Shown one piece after another: positions 29,705 to 44,560 of a stretch of DNA of 64,000 nt (position 1 is its first letter; every line of letters begins with the position of its first letter). The stretch is from the NCBI GenBank assembly GCA_012295275.1, contig CM022674.1:558001-622000 (forward strand), read 5' to 3'. Made by a program: the position numbers and the translations under genes. The notes beneath the pieces are model-generated. The model worked only from the letters and a program-made list of their open reading frames with translations, made no database searches and was not told where the DNA came from. Origin of the DNA: Chrysomallon squamiferum (Eukaryota; Animalia; Mollusca).

Positions 29705-30879
29705 AGAGAGAGAGAAAGAAAAAAACTGAACGAAATTATAGCCGAAAGAATTACAAGAAATGTCAGGGGTATAATGAAAATAATGATTAGTGACGATAAT
29801 ATGTTGATATTTGAATTACACATGTTTTAAAAATTCAAATTATGAGGTAGAGTGATACCAGTATTTAGTTCATTGCGTTCTGAGATCCTCTTAGGTATTA
29901 CATATCAGAAAAAGTAAATATGACGTCATCAGTTTTGCTCTCGGCGACTTGGAAACTGAATACGAGATGAAAAAAAAAAAAAAAAAAGATTTCGTTTAGA
30001 GGAATAATTAAACTCAATTTACTATTATTACTAGAACTACTACAACGACTGCTACTATTGCAACTACTACAGCTAAAACAACAATTACTACACATATTTC
30101 AACTATTACAAATATCACTACTGCTACTACCACTACTTGAAATATTTATATAGAAATATAATTAATATACTTCAGCTATCTAGAGAAAGACACAACAGTG
30201 TTACCAAATCATTTCATCCACCACATCTATTACTACTGCCACTACTACTACTACAACAACTATTACTAATAAATGAATACTACTATTGTAACTGCAGCTG
30301 CTATTTTTTGCCATGCTAACAGTAAAACCATGTATACATTAATGTATTCATTATGATGCATAAGATAACAATAACAACAAAAGAAAACAATAGCAATAAC
30401 ACGAAGAAGAAGAAGAAGAAGAAACGACACTTGATGCTATTCTAACGGATAATCCAAATTTTGGGGGTTCTTCTTTTATAACAACAACAACAACAACAAC
30501 AACAATGCTACTAAATGAAAGACTGATAAGAAACAAAATATTATTGCTTCATTAAATAAATTTTAAACAAACAAACAAAACAAACAAACAAACAAAGCAA
30601 AATCAAAAATAAATAAATAAAACAATAAAAAAAAAAAAAAAAAAATAAATAAGAAAAAAGTTTAAAGAAACCTTATATGAAATTTAATTAAAATATAAAT
30701 AAATAAATAAAGTTACAGAACCTAATAAAGAAGAAGAAAAAAAAAAAAAAAAATGAAGATGGTACATATTTATTTCATTCATTTTTCAAAAACGAAAGAA
30801 CAAATGAAAAAAAAAAAATCTTCAGTGATGAAAAATAAAGAACGGAAATGTAATTTGAAAGTCTACACGCAGAAAATAG

Positions 30880-30923
<44 letters not shown>

Positions 30924-31278
30924 ATTATAATATACAATAATAGATACCAAATAAGATATGTTTTTTTCCCTCAGGGGTTGTCTGTTTCATTCTGTTAATT
31001 TCACCTTTTCGTTGAGCTATAATCAAAGACATCGACCGGTGTGAGAGACTTTCATTTCAGTTTATAATTAACACCTATTCATTACTAGCACGATTAAACA
31101 GGGTGTCATTTTCAAGTAATGACGTACATTATGACGTAGTTTTTATTCATAGTGTGTGTATATATATATACATATATAAGTAATTAATGAAGAAACAAGC
31201 AAATAAATTAATTAACTGAAAGACAACGCTATGATATTTCGGCGTAAGCTTTGTAATATTTCTTTTGTTTTATTATTA

Positions 31279-31316
<38 letters not shown>

Positions 31317-31414
31317 TACTACTACTACTACTACTACTACTATTACTACTATTTATTTATTTAATTATTTATTTAATTATTTATGTATTTATTTATTTAT
31401 TTATTTATTTATTT

Positions 31415-31447
<33 letters not shown>

Positions 31448-31545
31448 TGTTTTATGTCTGTTGTTGTTTATGTTGTTTCTTATATATATATATAATCTTT
31501 TATGTCTGTTGTGTTTATCATGTTTCTTTTCATCATTATTATTAT

Positions 31546-31607
<62 letters not shown>

Positions 31608-34251
31608 CTAGTAGTAGTACTAGTAGTAGTAATCATCTTTTGTTAAAGGGCACGAATGCGAAAACGATTTTGAAAACCATTCAATACTCCATTTTGCCAA
31701 ATAAAAAATAAAAAAATAAAATCTTGTTTTTCAATAACTCTGTAAAGAGTATTAGATATGTTATTTTTAACCCTGGTGAATCCCTTTAGAAAAGAGATGA
31801 TGACGTTGTAATGATATCAGAGTTGTGTCGAGCAAACATTAAATGAGCACATCCAGATGCGAGAGTCGGAGATCGAACAGTCTGAACCAGGCAGGAACGT
31901 CACTGGCTTTGTGCAAAACACCTTTATGTAATGTACGTGTGAGCGTATGTATGTGGTGGTGTATGTATGTGTGTATGTATGTATGTATGTGTGTGTATGT
32001 GGTGGTGTATGTATGTGTGTATGTATGTATGGGTGTATGTATGTGGTGGTGTATGTATGTATGTATGTATGTGTGGGTGTATGAGTGTATGTATGTATGT
32101 ATGTATGACTGATAGTGTGTATATATGCATGCTAATTTTATTGTTTTTTGTTATTACTATTACTAAGACTCTCAAATTTACTGATTCTGAAAATGTTCAG
32201 TTCTGATTCGTAATTTTGTTTGTTTAAATTTACAAGTTTAACATCGATGTTTCTGTCCATGCATATAGAGAAGCTAATATTGATTAAATATTTGAAATAT
32301 TTACACTGAGACAAGGATATAGAAAGATGTATGGTTTTATATTCCGGATTTATACCTGATAGATTCCGCAGAGCACTATTAGCATATTTTGTTTATTCTG
32401 TTTGAAAAGAAATTGTGATTTCGTATTCTTATACAGTAAATAATTGTACTTTGTACTAACAAAAAGGTGGTATTAGAAACAGCAGTAATAGTAGTAGTAG
32501 TAGTAGTGATAGTAGTCGTAGTAGTAGTAGTAGTTGTTATTCTTGTAATATTAGTAGTAGTATGGTAATAGTAGTATCAATAGTACAAGTACTACTAGTA
32601 GCAGTAGTAGTATTACAGTGATATTAATAGTAATAATAGCTGTTTTAATAATAATATCAGCTTTATATTAATAAGCGCAATGGTAGTGATAGTAGAAGTA
32701 ACAACAGTTTTAATAATAATAATAAGAAGAAGAAGAAGAAGAAGAAAAACAACAACAGCAGCAGCAGCAAGAAGAAGAAGAAGAACACGAATAAGAAAAA
32801 GTATAAAAATACAAATTAAAAGATTTCACATCTTCCCAGTAATTACCCTTTCCGCACTACTTATTAGTTTTATGACGTAATTCTAGTCCGCGATGAAAGA
32901 GACGCCATTATGAAAACCTTTAATTCGGCGACGAATCAATAATACATTTCTGTTCTGGGAACGAATCATAACTTAGTTATTACAGCCATTAAACGCGATG
33001 AAACCTGTCACGTAACGTGATAAAAACAAACTTCTAGTTGACATTTCGCTGAAATTATTACGTCGGGCGTATCTTTTTCCGGCACAGAATCGAACCAGCG
33101 ACCCTGAGCGCGCGCCATTCAATGTCAAGATAAACAGTCTGATGTAGCTGCATAGATTCTGCATAACTGCGATAACGACGAGTAGGATGACGGAAACATC
33201 AACACCATCGCTGGTAGCAACGATAAAGAAAGAAGAAACTACGTCGGCAATAGCAACGACCTCCATTCGTGAAATGATGCTGTCTGTCCAGCCAGATTTA
33301 CGAACAGACAGTAAGGAAAATATTTGTAGATAAGAAAACAGGTAAGTAAAGACAGAAACAAAGGAAGAAAGAACGATAGATAGATAGATAGACAGATATA
33401 TGGACAGATAGACACAGATAGACACAGATAGATAGATAGCAATAAAATGGCCTACAACTCTCTTGTAAATAATCATATTACTTCTTTTTCTATTTAAATG
33501 ACAACATTTAATGTCATGAATGGCAAACCGTGTTTTTTTTTTTCTTCAAATAAGAAATTCACAGTATCAGAAGAAAAAAGAGCGGTTTACTCTATTTAAA
33601 AACTATACTTGCAAAACCATGAACTCTTTCTCTATTCAAATAACAAGATTCACGATAATCTACCGAAGAGTGGAGTTTTATCTATTTATATAATTACGTT
33701 AGAAGCAGTAATGCTGTGCTAAATTCGCCTAAACCCATTTTATCTTTAAATAACAAAATAAAAACTCGTAAAGAACAAACAGACAGTGGTTTTCGAATAA
33801 GACGATTTACAGTAACGTAAAAAGAAGAGCTCGGGTTTCTCTATTTAAATAATTACGTTTGCTTAACTTCATAACACAACACGCGTCGTTCTCTATTTAA
33901 AATAATCAAATGGGCTGAAGTAATTTCAGGCTAGTTTTCCGTAATCTCGGCGAATTTACAGCAGCTCTGTGAGCATTCTTGAGATCTCAGAGCCTCCAGG
34001 TAAAAGGATAAAAAAAAGTGTAAGAGAGAAGAAAAACAAATCTCGAAGTTAACGTTGTGCGTATGACACGGAGCTTTTCAAATTTGTGACTGGCGGCAAG
34101 AAACGAAATAAGTGAGGCGAAAGATGTTTTCTTTGTCGATCGATGCCAGATCTAATATCGATCTTTTCTTATTTTAGAAATTTTGTTTTCATTTTCAGAA
34201 ATATCCGTATTTATTTATTTTAAATATTTATTTTATTTATTTAATTACTTA

Positions 34252-34305
<54 letters not shown>

Positions 34306-34354
34306 CATAAGCATTGATGAAGTCAGCCATCATAATAACAATTAAACTGTTATA

Positions 34355-34460
34355 ATATTTATTTGTTATTACTATTGTTTCAGCAATTAATATTTTACCT
34401 TTGACTAAATTAACAGAATGAACACAGTGCCTTTAGAGTCGAAGCTCTGTACAAACAAAG
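34355..34460 (+). repeat. Dispersed repeat fragment, also at ~54285-54390 and (degraded) ~45820-45903
   Basis: TTGTTATTACTATTGTTTCAGCAATTAATA..ACCTTTGAC..TGAACACA..AAGCTCTGTAC(A/G)AACAAAGC is shared; each copy follows an (AAT)n tract. Confidence 0.8.
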
Positions 34461-34818
34461 CAAAGACAACCTAAAATGTAACAAATAATCCATATAGACT
34501 ACAGACAAAATTTGCAAATTAAAATAATTTTCGTTATTTGTAATTTTCCCAGGTAATTCCATATTAAAGTACACATGCCTTCAGAAATACATTATGACTC
34601 TCTGTGACGTCAAAGTATTATTGGCGTCACAGCTACATTTCCGTAAAATAAAAATATTCGGAAGTGTTCGTTTCTATAGACTTCGTAGTATTCCGTCAGT
34701 CTTATCAGAGCAAGTTGTTATTTGTGTCTATGTTGAATAAAACAATTAAAAATAAATAAATAAATAAAAATGTCTTTCCTTCTCTCTTTTTCTTCATCAT
34801 CATCATCATCATCATCAT

Positions 34819-34849
<31 letters not shown>

Positions 34850-35198
34850 TTATTATTATTTTTATTTCAATAACATGTATATCTTCGTCAGTTTTGTAAC
34901 GATAACTACTACAACTACTACTACCACTACCACTACTACAACTACAAGAACTTCTACTATTACTAACTACTGTTACCACTTCTCCTACTACCACCACCAC
35001 CACTACGGCAACCATTACTACTACTTCTACTGCTTTCTTTATACTACTACTGCTTATTTTGCTTGTTGTTCTTGTTCATTTTTTTTTTTATTAATGATGA
35101 TGTTGTTACAGGCATCATCTACAGGTTTAAGTGAACGAATATTTGTTTACAATTTACCAGAAAGAGAAAAGAGTTCAAAGGAATGAAAGAAAACGAAA

Positions 35199-35354
<156 letters not shown>

Positions 35355-35642
35355 TGATGATAGTGATGATGATAATAGTAATGAATAAAAACGAATGAGA
35401 AGGACGTTTGTCAGTGTGAGATCGATGTCTCGGAATGCTAATGAGGAATATCAACTCAGGGGAATTTTCTACAACGGTTTGTACATAATCAATATCAAGA
35501 ATTTTATCGAATGCAGATTAAGATTATTCCAGTAATGGGGAAACGAGAAAGCTTGTTGGGTTAATCGCTAAAATTTATTGTAATTTTTTTGTTTGTTCTT
35601 TTCTTTTTCTTTTCATTTTCTTTCTTTCTTTCTTTCTTTTTT

Positions 35643-35686
<44 letters not shown>

Positions 35687-35873
35687 TGTTCTTTCTTTTT
35701 TTTATTATTATTATTACTATAATATAGTTTTGTTTTAATCGTTGCACGTTCCAATAAGACCATTAAATTAGTTTTTATTAATTTAATTAATTACTAATGT
35801 CATCATTTGAATATATTTTGCAATTGAATGATGCTAGATATTAGCTATACTTTTTTTGTAACCATTATATTTG

Positions 35874-35979
<106 letters not shown>

Positions 35980-36935
35980 TAGCTGAAGCAGATTTGAATT
36001 TTCCCTTTTTTTTTTAAGGAAATGTTTGGAATGACATTTTGCCTAGAGAAATAACTTCAGCTAGCACACTTAATTCTCTGAAGACCCCAAACTGCTGTCA
36101 CACTAACTATAACCAGAACTACTACAGCTGCAGCAACTACGTCTACTACCGCTACAAAAACTGCTTCTGTTACTACTACTACTACTACTACTAAAGTACT
36201 GCTTCTATTTCTACTACCATTATACTACAACAGCAACTACTACTAAGCTTCTATTGTTACGATGACAACAATAGTAACTACTACTACTACTACTACTATA
36301 GTTTATCTACGAATCTCTGTCTGTCTGTCTGTTTGTCTGTATGTATGCATGTTGAAGATATTTCTTAAACGCCTCCGCCTGTGTTGACTGTGATCGTAAG
36401 TATTTACTTAAACAGAACGGTTTAAAATCTTCCAGCGTTATCTCGATTTCTTGACAAGCGACAGGGAAATACGCATGTCCAGTGTAATATGATTAAAAAC
36501 TCATTCATTACTTATCATGGTCACCTGGTGGTCAAGGATGTTATTATGAGTTGTCCAGGGGCAGATCAAATATCTCATAAAACGTGTGGGGGTGATGTTA
36601 CTGTGGTACGTATACAAAATAAAATAATCAGTTGTCAGAAATAGAATGTAGATAGATATAGACAGACAGATAGATTAATAGATATGTACATAGACAGAGA
36701 AATAAATAGATATATAGACAGACAGACAGACAGACAGACAAAGGGACAGGCGGAGACAACAACAGACAGAGATAAACTATCAGAATGACAGATACACTGA
36801 CAGACAGACATATAAACAGGTAAAGAAAACTGACAGAGACAAAGCACGAGATAAACAGTGAAACTGAAAGAAATCAAATAGATAGATAGACAGATAGATA
36901 GATAGACAGACAGACAGATAGATAGACAGATAGAC

Positions 36936-36966
<31 letters not shown>

Positions 36967-37017
36967 TAGGTAGATAGACAGAGAGACAGACAGATGGATA
37001 GATAGATAAATAGATAG

Positions 37018-37104
<87 letters not shown>

Positions 37105-37596
37105 TACAGATAAGATAGGTTGGTGGATGACAACAGTGATGTAATATTGGGAGAAACAGAGAGAATGGATAGAAAGAAAACAGAACTAGTAAGAAAGAAT
37201 GAAGAAAACAAAAAGTAAAGAAAAAAAGAAAGATGAAAATTACAAGATGCAGACCATCGTAGAAACACATTAATATTTATAAGTTGCCTTTAACCATTAA
37301 TCATACTGGCTGGAAGAGAGGGTTATATACGACATTAAATGTGGGCTAAAAAATGATTACATAAAAAGGATAAAAATAACGAGATAAAAAGACAAAAAAA
37401 AAAAAAAAAGACCCTCTTACTTATCTTTAGGCTTTTTTCTTTAATTTTTATCATTTTTTTTTTTATGATCATGTACTTGTGAATTCAAACTGAGTTTTAA
37501 TTCTTTTTTTTTTCACGCCTGTTGAGTTCTCAAAAAGCGAAAGATCAAACTCATTTAATCACATCATTTGCACAGATGAATATAGCAAATCTTGAA

Positions 37597-37692
<96 letters not shown>

Positions 37693-38656
37693 ATCATGGT
37701 AGAATTAATAGTAGTAGCAGTAGAAGCAGTAGTAGCAATAATAGCAGTAGGAGTAGTAGGAGTAGTAGTAAAAGGGACGGTAGCAGTAACAGTAGTTGTA
37801 GTAGGAATAGTAGTAGTAGTAATAATAATATAAGTAGTTGTAGTACTAATGATAGTTTTGTAATAGAAATGTCATATAAATACACCAGTTTAAAAACACA
37901 CATACATGAAGCATGTATGTGTGTGTGTATGCGGACATATATATATGTATACCTAATATATATATATACATAAGACGTAAAAATACCAATATTAATTATA
38001 TATGTATACCTAATAGGTGCGTTAAGGCTGAAAATACCAATATTATTATTTTTTATTTTTTTCAACCAGTGTTTTTCTCTAAGTGCAGAATTAAGTATTA
38101 ATCCGTTTTGAACTTAATGGCTGAATCAGTAAGTACAATATTTATTGATAAAATGAAAGTGAGTTTTTTTGTGTTTTTTTCGGACAAATATATTAGATAA
38201 TAACATTTTCTTACGTAAATATTGGTATTTAAATAAGAATCGTAATAGTATTAACTATTGTTTAAATAAGAATTATGTGATGACGAAAGAAAAAGCAGTT
38301 AAACTATAATTACTGATGATACACGTTTGTAAACGAAAGAAGATTATATGCTTTTGTTCTTTGGGTTGTCATATTAATTAAAACATGTCATGACGATAAA
38401 CATGGAGAAATTAACAACTTGTAGATATATGACAAAAAATAAAAACAACAACAACAACATCACCAACAACAATAAATAAATAAATAAATAAATAAATAAA
38501 AGTAATAAATATCCTCATATTAAGTAACTGAACAGTGAATGAAAAATCCAGTAAAATTAATTATTAAGGTTTCTTTAAAACAAACGTAAAAATTAATTGC
38601 AATTTTATATTTCACAAATATTTCTATTTTTTGTATATTCATTTAGGCTTCACTGA

Positions 38657-38950
38657 TTAGGGTTAGGGTTATAGGATTAGGGTTAGGATTAGGGTTAGGA
38701 TTAGGGTTAGGGTTAGGATTAGGGTTAGGGTTAGGGTTAGGGTTAGGATTAGGGTTAGGATTAGGATTAGGGTTAGGGTTATTTAAAGTTTATTAAGAGA
38801 TTTATGATAATTTACAAAAAAGTCTTATTATCAGGGTTAGTTCCAGTGTTAACATTAGCATTAAGTTTAACGACTTCGCTAGGGTTAGGTTTAGCGTTAG
38901 GGATAGAGTCTGGGTTAGGGTTGAGGTTAGGTTTAGGGTTGAGGTTAGGG
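38657..38950 (+). repeat. Interstitial telomere-like repeat (TTAGGG/TTAGGA)n
   Basis: About 20 hexamers at 38657-38780 and a degenerate second patch at 38880-38950. Confidence 0.9.
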
Positions 38951-39491
38951 CACCAATGTTGTTAAGCATTTTATTCCGGACTTGTCCGATAAGATCAAGG
39001 TACATAATTCATTTTTAACTAAAGAATATAAGCTTTATGCAGTTATTTCCCTTGAATCATTAATCAACATTATAGCATCACTTTAATCAAATTAACACGA
39101 TTTCGTACATTTCTATTAATTGATTTGAACTTGCTGGTTATGAAAACGCTAATGTAGCGTCAGCTTTTCCAAAACTGTTTTCATGATTTTCTGTATGAGG
39201 TAAATTGCTTTCCAGGACGATTTATTTTTAGCTCTTGTTTAGCCATAGGTCCATTACATTCCGAAGCGCTAAAATAGTGACATAGAAAAACTTGTTATAA
39301 AACAAGAAAATAAACAAAAGAATTATTTATTTATATTTTATTTAATACTCTCGAGACTATAATTAAATAGAATGTTTGTAATCATCTGTTTCCTTGTTTT
39401 TGCCCGCAAAAATAGGAATTAACAAAACGAAATCTGCTGGCTGATTCCACGACATTTGGCATTCTTGTCAGGAAGAAATGAATATCTGGGA

Positions 39492-39530
<39 letters not shown>

Positions 39531-39579
39531 AGGTTATTTATTTATGAAAACTGTACGTGACACAGAGACAGAGACAGAC

Positions 39580-39676
<97 letters not shown>

Positions 39677-39799
39677 GAGAGAGAGAGCGAGAGCGAGAGA
39701 GAGAGAGAACTAAAATATAATTTATCAGATAAAAAGTGAGTACAACTTCAGTTCAAACTAACTGATTACACTACAGTACTGACCCGATTCGCAATCTGT

Positions 39800-40207
39800 T
39801 CATTTTCCGACAGTGGACGTTTGCACCTGACTTGGAATTTGGTTTGGTACTTGCGTCTGTGCCCGGATTTGAGCCTGGTTCTGCGCCTGTAGAGCCTGAA
39901 TTGCTTGCAGTGTTCTAAATCCGTCAAGACCTTGCTCTCCGTTCAGTGCGCGAGCACTTAGCAGTGCCGCCGTGATAGCCGCTGTCGGGTTCTTGCTGTT
40001 GGGGTCGTAAGGCACGGGTACGTACTGGACACGTGGTCGGGTGTTGACGTTTCTGCGATTACACTGAGCAGAACTGTACACCACGAGACTTCCTATAAAT
40101 AAATAAATAAATAAATATAAAAATAAATAAATATTAAAATAAGTAAATAAATAAATAGATATTAAAATAAATAAATATTAAAATAAGTAAATAAATAAAT
40201 AGATATT

Positions 40208-40245
<38 letters not shown>

Positions 40246-40544
40246 GTAAATATTAAAATAAGTAAATAAATAAATAAAGTAAATAAAATAAATATTAAAA
40301 TAAATAAATAAAATAAATAAATAAATAAGTAAATATTAAAATAAGTAAATAAATAAATAAATATAAAACATAAATGAAAAGACCTATATAGATCGATAAA
40401 TCAGTAAATCTGTTTAAATAATAAGTAAGTAAATAAATGGTAATAAAAAGACAAATAAATAAATAAATAAATTCACATAATTTAAATCTTAAATAGCGAA
40501 AACTCACCAATCAAGGCGAAAAGTAAAACAACAGCGGTCTTCAT
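39800..40544 (-). CDS. Orphan small secreted protein, 109 aa, Gln/Ala/Pro-rich, two coding exons
   Basis: Exon 40544-40508 (MKTAVVLLFALI+G) with donor TTG|GTGAGT joins in phase 1 to acceptor TTTATAG and exon 40092-39800. The joined product is MKTAVVLLFALIGSLVVYSSA-QCNRRNVNTRPRVQYVPVPYDPNSK...QVQTSTVGK*. A complete signal peptide forms across the junction, and the exon is GC-rich within AT-rich flanks. Confidence 0.82.
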
Positions 40545-40657
40545 TCTGAATCAGAAGTTCAAAAATTAACTACGTATGAAACTTGAATAGAAAATAAAAA
40601 CAAAAAAATATATAAGTATAAAAAATCAAACGTACAGATGCACATCAAAGCTCTTAG

Positions 40658-40665
40658 TATTTATA
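40658..40665 (-). promoter_or_regulatory. Candidate TATA box for the small secreted-protein gene
   Basis: TATAAATA on the minus strand, 114 nt upstream of the ATG, next to a CpG-rich unique stretch (40670-40850). Confidence 0.4.
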
Positions 40666-41383
40666 CAGACGTAAGAATTTGGCGTATTTGATCCGGCTTC
40701 GAAAATCTCGCCCTTAATCGGATTTAGATCAGATTAAAACGCCTAGACACTGTTTCTCCGCCCAGTGGGATGTTCACTGCGGATAAAACTACAAAACGAC
40801 GTTCACCACAACGTCGAAACAGCGGCTACGACGCTGTGCGGTGCAGTACAAAACTGTAAAAAAGATAAATTTCTGTCTTTTCTTCCTCCATTACGAACGG
40901 TTTTGATTTAAAGCAATTGTATAATTTCATGTCTTTTTTGTTATTGTTATTATTATTATTATCCTTATCATTATCATCATCATCAGCAGCAGCACCATTA
41001 TTGTTCTTGTTGCTGCTGTTGTGGATGATGTTGTTATTATTATCGTTGTTGTTGTTTCAATATCTAAAGCCATTTCTTTTTTTTCTTAAATTATAATTAT
41101 TAATGTATGCCACTGTAATACAATTTATTTATTTCCAATCGATTTTTAATCATTTATATTATTAGAATCATAATAACAAATTACTTTACTGTAATAAAAT
41201 TATTATAATTTATTCCTTTCGAAGAAATTTATGTTTTTCAAACAACATCATAATAATTTACTGTAATCGTATTGTAACAACATTATGATGATTTCTGCAT
41301 TAACAGTAATCATAACAGTTTAAAACGATGTTAATACATTATAACTGGTGTTTCTTTTATAATCGAGGTATTATTATTTTTGC

Positions 41384-41457
<74 letters not shown>

Positions 41458-41543
41458 TGCAGTAGCATTGTTAAAATTTATACCAATATGTAGAATGGCA
41501 AAAATATTTATGATGGAGTATCATTACAATAACTGAACCTGTC

Positions 41544-41610
<67 letters not shown>

Positions 41611-42003
41611 TGTTTATTTATTTATTTCTATTTTTATCTTCATCACAATATTTATAGCTTATCAAATAATCAGATAGGAAATTTACACACTTACGTGTAA
41701 ATTGTCAGTTACGTTAGTCGTAATTATAACAACCAAAACAGTTTTGGTTATTTCCATCCAGCTTTTATTTATCGTAATATATAACTAATATGATTATCTC
41801 GATATTTCACACATCTGTTTTAAGAATGAATATTTGTCAGAAATATTCATTTTAGCGGTAAATTCACTTCACGTAATAAATTCGTAATAAATAAATAAAT
41901 AAATAAATATATAAATAAATATACAAACAAACAAACAAACGGTATAAAAGTATCGACGTAAAAACAGTCAGTTCTGAAGACAGTTGTATTTAAGCGCTAA
42001 TTA

Positions 42004-43720
42004 TTACCGAAAAAACAAAAACGCACTTGTTAAAACAAACACGAGTAAACCCCAACCCGACAGAAATCGTCCACGGGAATCAGAACCTGTGTTATAATCC
42101 CTGTCATATGGACGACCGATCAAATTGGCAGAAATCAACGGATGCTGAAATGCTTCTGTAGATTCCAGAACCAGTCTTTTGAACTCCCACTGTTTTGGCG
42201 CCAGTTTCAGCTGCCCCTGCTCTGAGAGGAGAACGGTGGGGAAAACGTAAGGGGTGCTGAAATTCCCTTCAATACGCAGAGACTGAAATTTCGCATCTGC
42301 TTCGAAAGTCTTAGACCCACAACTGGACCTGGAGGAATTTGCACATCGCAGCAACGTGCACGTTTGAAAATAGAATAGACCGGGGTAGGTGTGGAGCCCG
42401 TCGAACGCCCCAAACGCGTACAGCGAAGCAGCCGAGTCGTCTTTACTGTATTCCAGGCTGCAGCAAAGTTTGTTGTGACAAACCGCCCGAGAGCCGCTCG
42501 TTCCAGTCACCTCCACCAAGTTAAACAAATCGTTGAACACTCTGGACTGGAACTCGTGGTGGGATATCGTCTGCTTCCGACGTTTGTCGTCTGTTTCCGA
42601 CAGTTCCCGTCTGGCCGGAGGCTTGTGGACGACGTCAGTTTCGGAAATCAAAAGTCTGCCGCCACTTTTTACAGAGTTGTTGTAGTAGAACGTAAACCCA
42701 ACGTCAGGTGTGTAAATTCCGCTGCCATGGAATCGTTTCTCTGGCATGTGTATGTTCGCTGCCAGAAAATTCACTCCCATGCTCACTGCAAACGAGGAAT
42801 GAAACTCGATGGCAGCCAGCAAAGGAAGTGCGTCCGTCCAGGCTGTAGGGAAGACAATGTTTCCTACGTCATATTTCTCAACCAATGGGATTGGCGGTTT
42901 TTGAAAAAGAATATCGAAGCAAGTGAAAACTCCAAATTTACCAAATGGCGTGTCAAAGAAGATATACTCAGCGCGCTTTGGCGTATTGAACTGGTATTCA
43001 AAGAAAAGGTTTTCTTTGTGGTATCTGGCTACCAGCGTACCGTTAGGATCATACACAACATCTGTGTTATATTGGTATTGTCCGTCTGAAGGGCAGTCTG
43101 GGTCAGTTTCACTGGAACACGGCTGCTTATCTCCCATGTTGGCTACCAGATAGAGGGAGCTGTTTCTAGCGAGACAACTCAGTGTGTGCTGTACCTCTGT
43201 ATTGTCGTACTTCCCTGATTCCGTGCAAGGATTCCATTTTTCTTTCTTGGGATCAGGGATGTATTCTAAATATGGAGCCACGTGTTTTCTTTTCGTAAGC
43301 CTTATTCCGTAAATCCCATCTTCTGGAAAAACCAGGATATCCACGTTCTGTAAAAGAATAAAAAAAGAACTGTTATCTCTTGAAAGGAAAAAACATCTTC
43401 ATCTACATATATACACATATATATCAAGTAAATAGATAAATACAGTATAATTAATCAATTAACTTAGTTCAGTAAATAAATGTACAGGGAACACAAATTA
43501 GAATTACCTTCTTGCTGGCCAGTTTCGCTTGTTGCTCGTAAATGTCTAGATTCTTGTGCATAAAAGACAGCGCCTCCTGGCGAGAAACTGTCTTATTACT
43601 GAACTCCGGTAAAATGACCTCATGTTCATACACAGCAGCTTTGAACTTTGACCTCTGATACCCCGAAAGGTCACGTATTGTTAGAGTGATGTATATGAGA
43701 ATGAAAATTGTACTTTTCAT
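42004..43720 (-). CDS. Vanin/biotinidase-family amidohydrolase (pantetheinase-like), copy A1; 518 aa, signal peptide plus C-terminal GPI-type hydrophobic tail; intact
   Basis: Exon 43720-43508 (MKSTIFILIYITLTIRDLSG..AAVYEHEVILP..LASKK), donor AAG|GTAATT, 160-nt phase-0 intron, acceptor TTTTACAG, exon 43347-42004. Nitrilase-fold triad motifs FPEDG (E), ARYHKENL (K), FTCFD (C). Vanin C-terminal domain (VCHNKLCCSL, FGAFDGLH). Ends GSDSRGRFLSGWGLLVFVLTSAFLFFR. Confidence 0.93.
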
Positions 43721-43909
43721 TTTGTTTTTCGTTTTATATTCTGAAACAAACAAATTATTAAATATAAATTATCTACATTCCGGATTCTATATTTTAGATT
43801 ATTTCCTAGCATTCCATTCTTTCTTTCTTTCCTGTTTCTTTTTCTTTCTTTTTCTTTTTTTTTTTTTCTTTAACACTTTCTTTCTTTATTTTCGTAATTT
43901 CTTTCTTTT

Positions 43910-43941
<32 letters not shown>

Positions 43942-43973
43942 TATTATCGTTATCATCATCATCATCATCATCA

Positions 43974-44014
<41 letters not shown>

Positions 44015-44027
44015 ATTCATTAATTAA

Positions 44028-44058
<31 letters not shown>

Positions 44059-44194
44059 TTTTTAAATTTATCAATTACTAATGTCTTACATGCGTATTTT
44101 TTTATTCTATATTGAATTCCTTTATTATATTACTGCAAAATTAAATTTATTTATTATTTTTTAAATCTGAGGAAGATAAAGCCAGGGAAATACA

Positions 44195-44238
<44 letters not shown>

Positions 44239-44400
44239 AACGAACAAAAACAAAAACAAGATGATGATGATGATGATGCTGATGATGGTGATGAAAAACA
44301 ACAACAACAAGATGACGATGACGATGAAGAAGAGAAAGAAAGACTTAAAACACTCACAAACGTGTTAACAAAGCGAAAAAAGACGTAAAACATTTCTTAC

Positions 44401-44560
44401 TTTCGTTTCTTTCTCAGACCAGTTTCAGCGATCGCTTCGTTCACACCAAAGATTTCAAGATGGCGTTCACGTTCTAGAAAAGTCAACCTGACTTCCACAG
44501 ATTCGTTTTGAAAACCAGTCCGATAGTCAGAGATCGAAAACAACGTAATGTATCCGTCAA
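44401..44560. promoter_or_regulatory. Candidate promoter / 5'UTR exon of A1, possibly shared with B1
   Basis: Minus-strand donor AAA|GTAAGA at 44400 pairs with acceptor TTTGTTTCAG at 43741, just upstream of the A1 ATG. YY1-type CAAGATGGCG at 44456-44465. CpG-rich. Confidence 0.5.

Noticed and set aside
33188-33347. Short plus-strand ORF (MTETSTPSLVATIKKEE..) near a CAG|GTAAGT donor
   Set aside because: It stops before that donor, has no recognisable homology, and no downstream exon was found.
42391-43153. Plus-strand ORFs overlapping A1, and equivalents over B1, A2 and B2
   Set aside because: Antisense or alternate-frame shadows of vanin exon 2.
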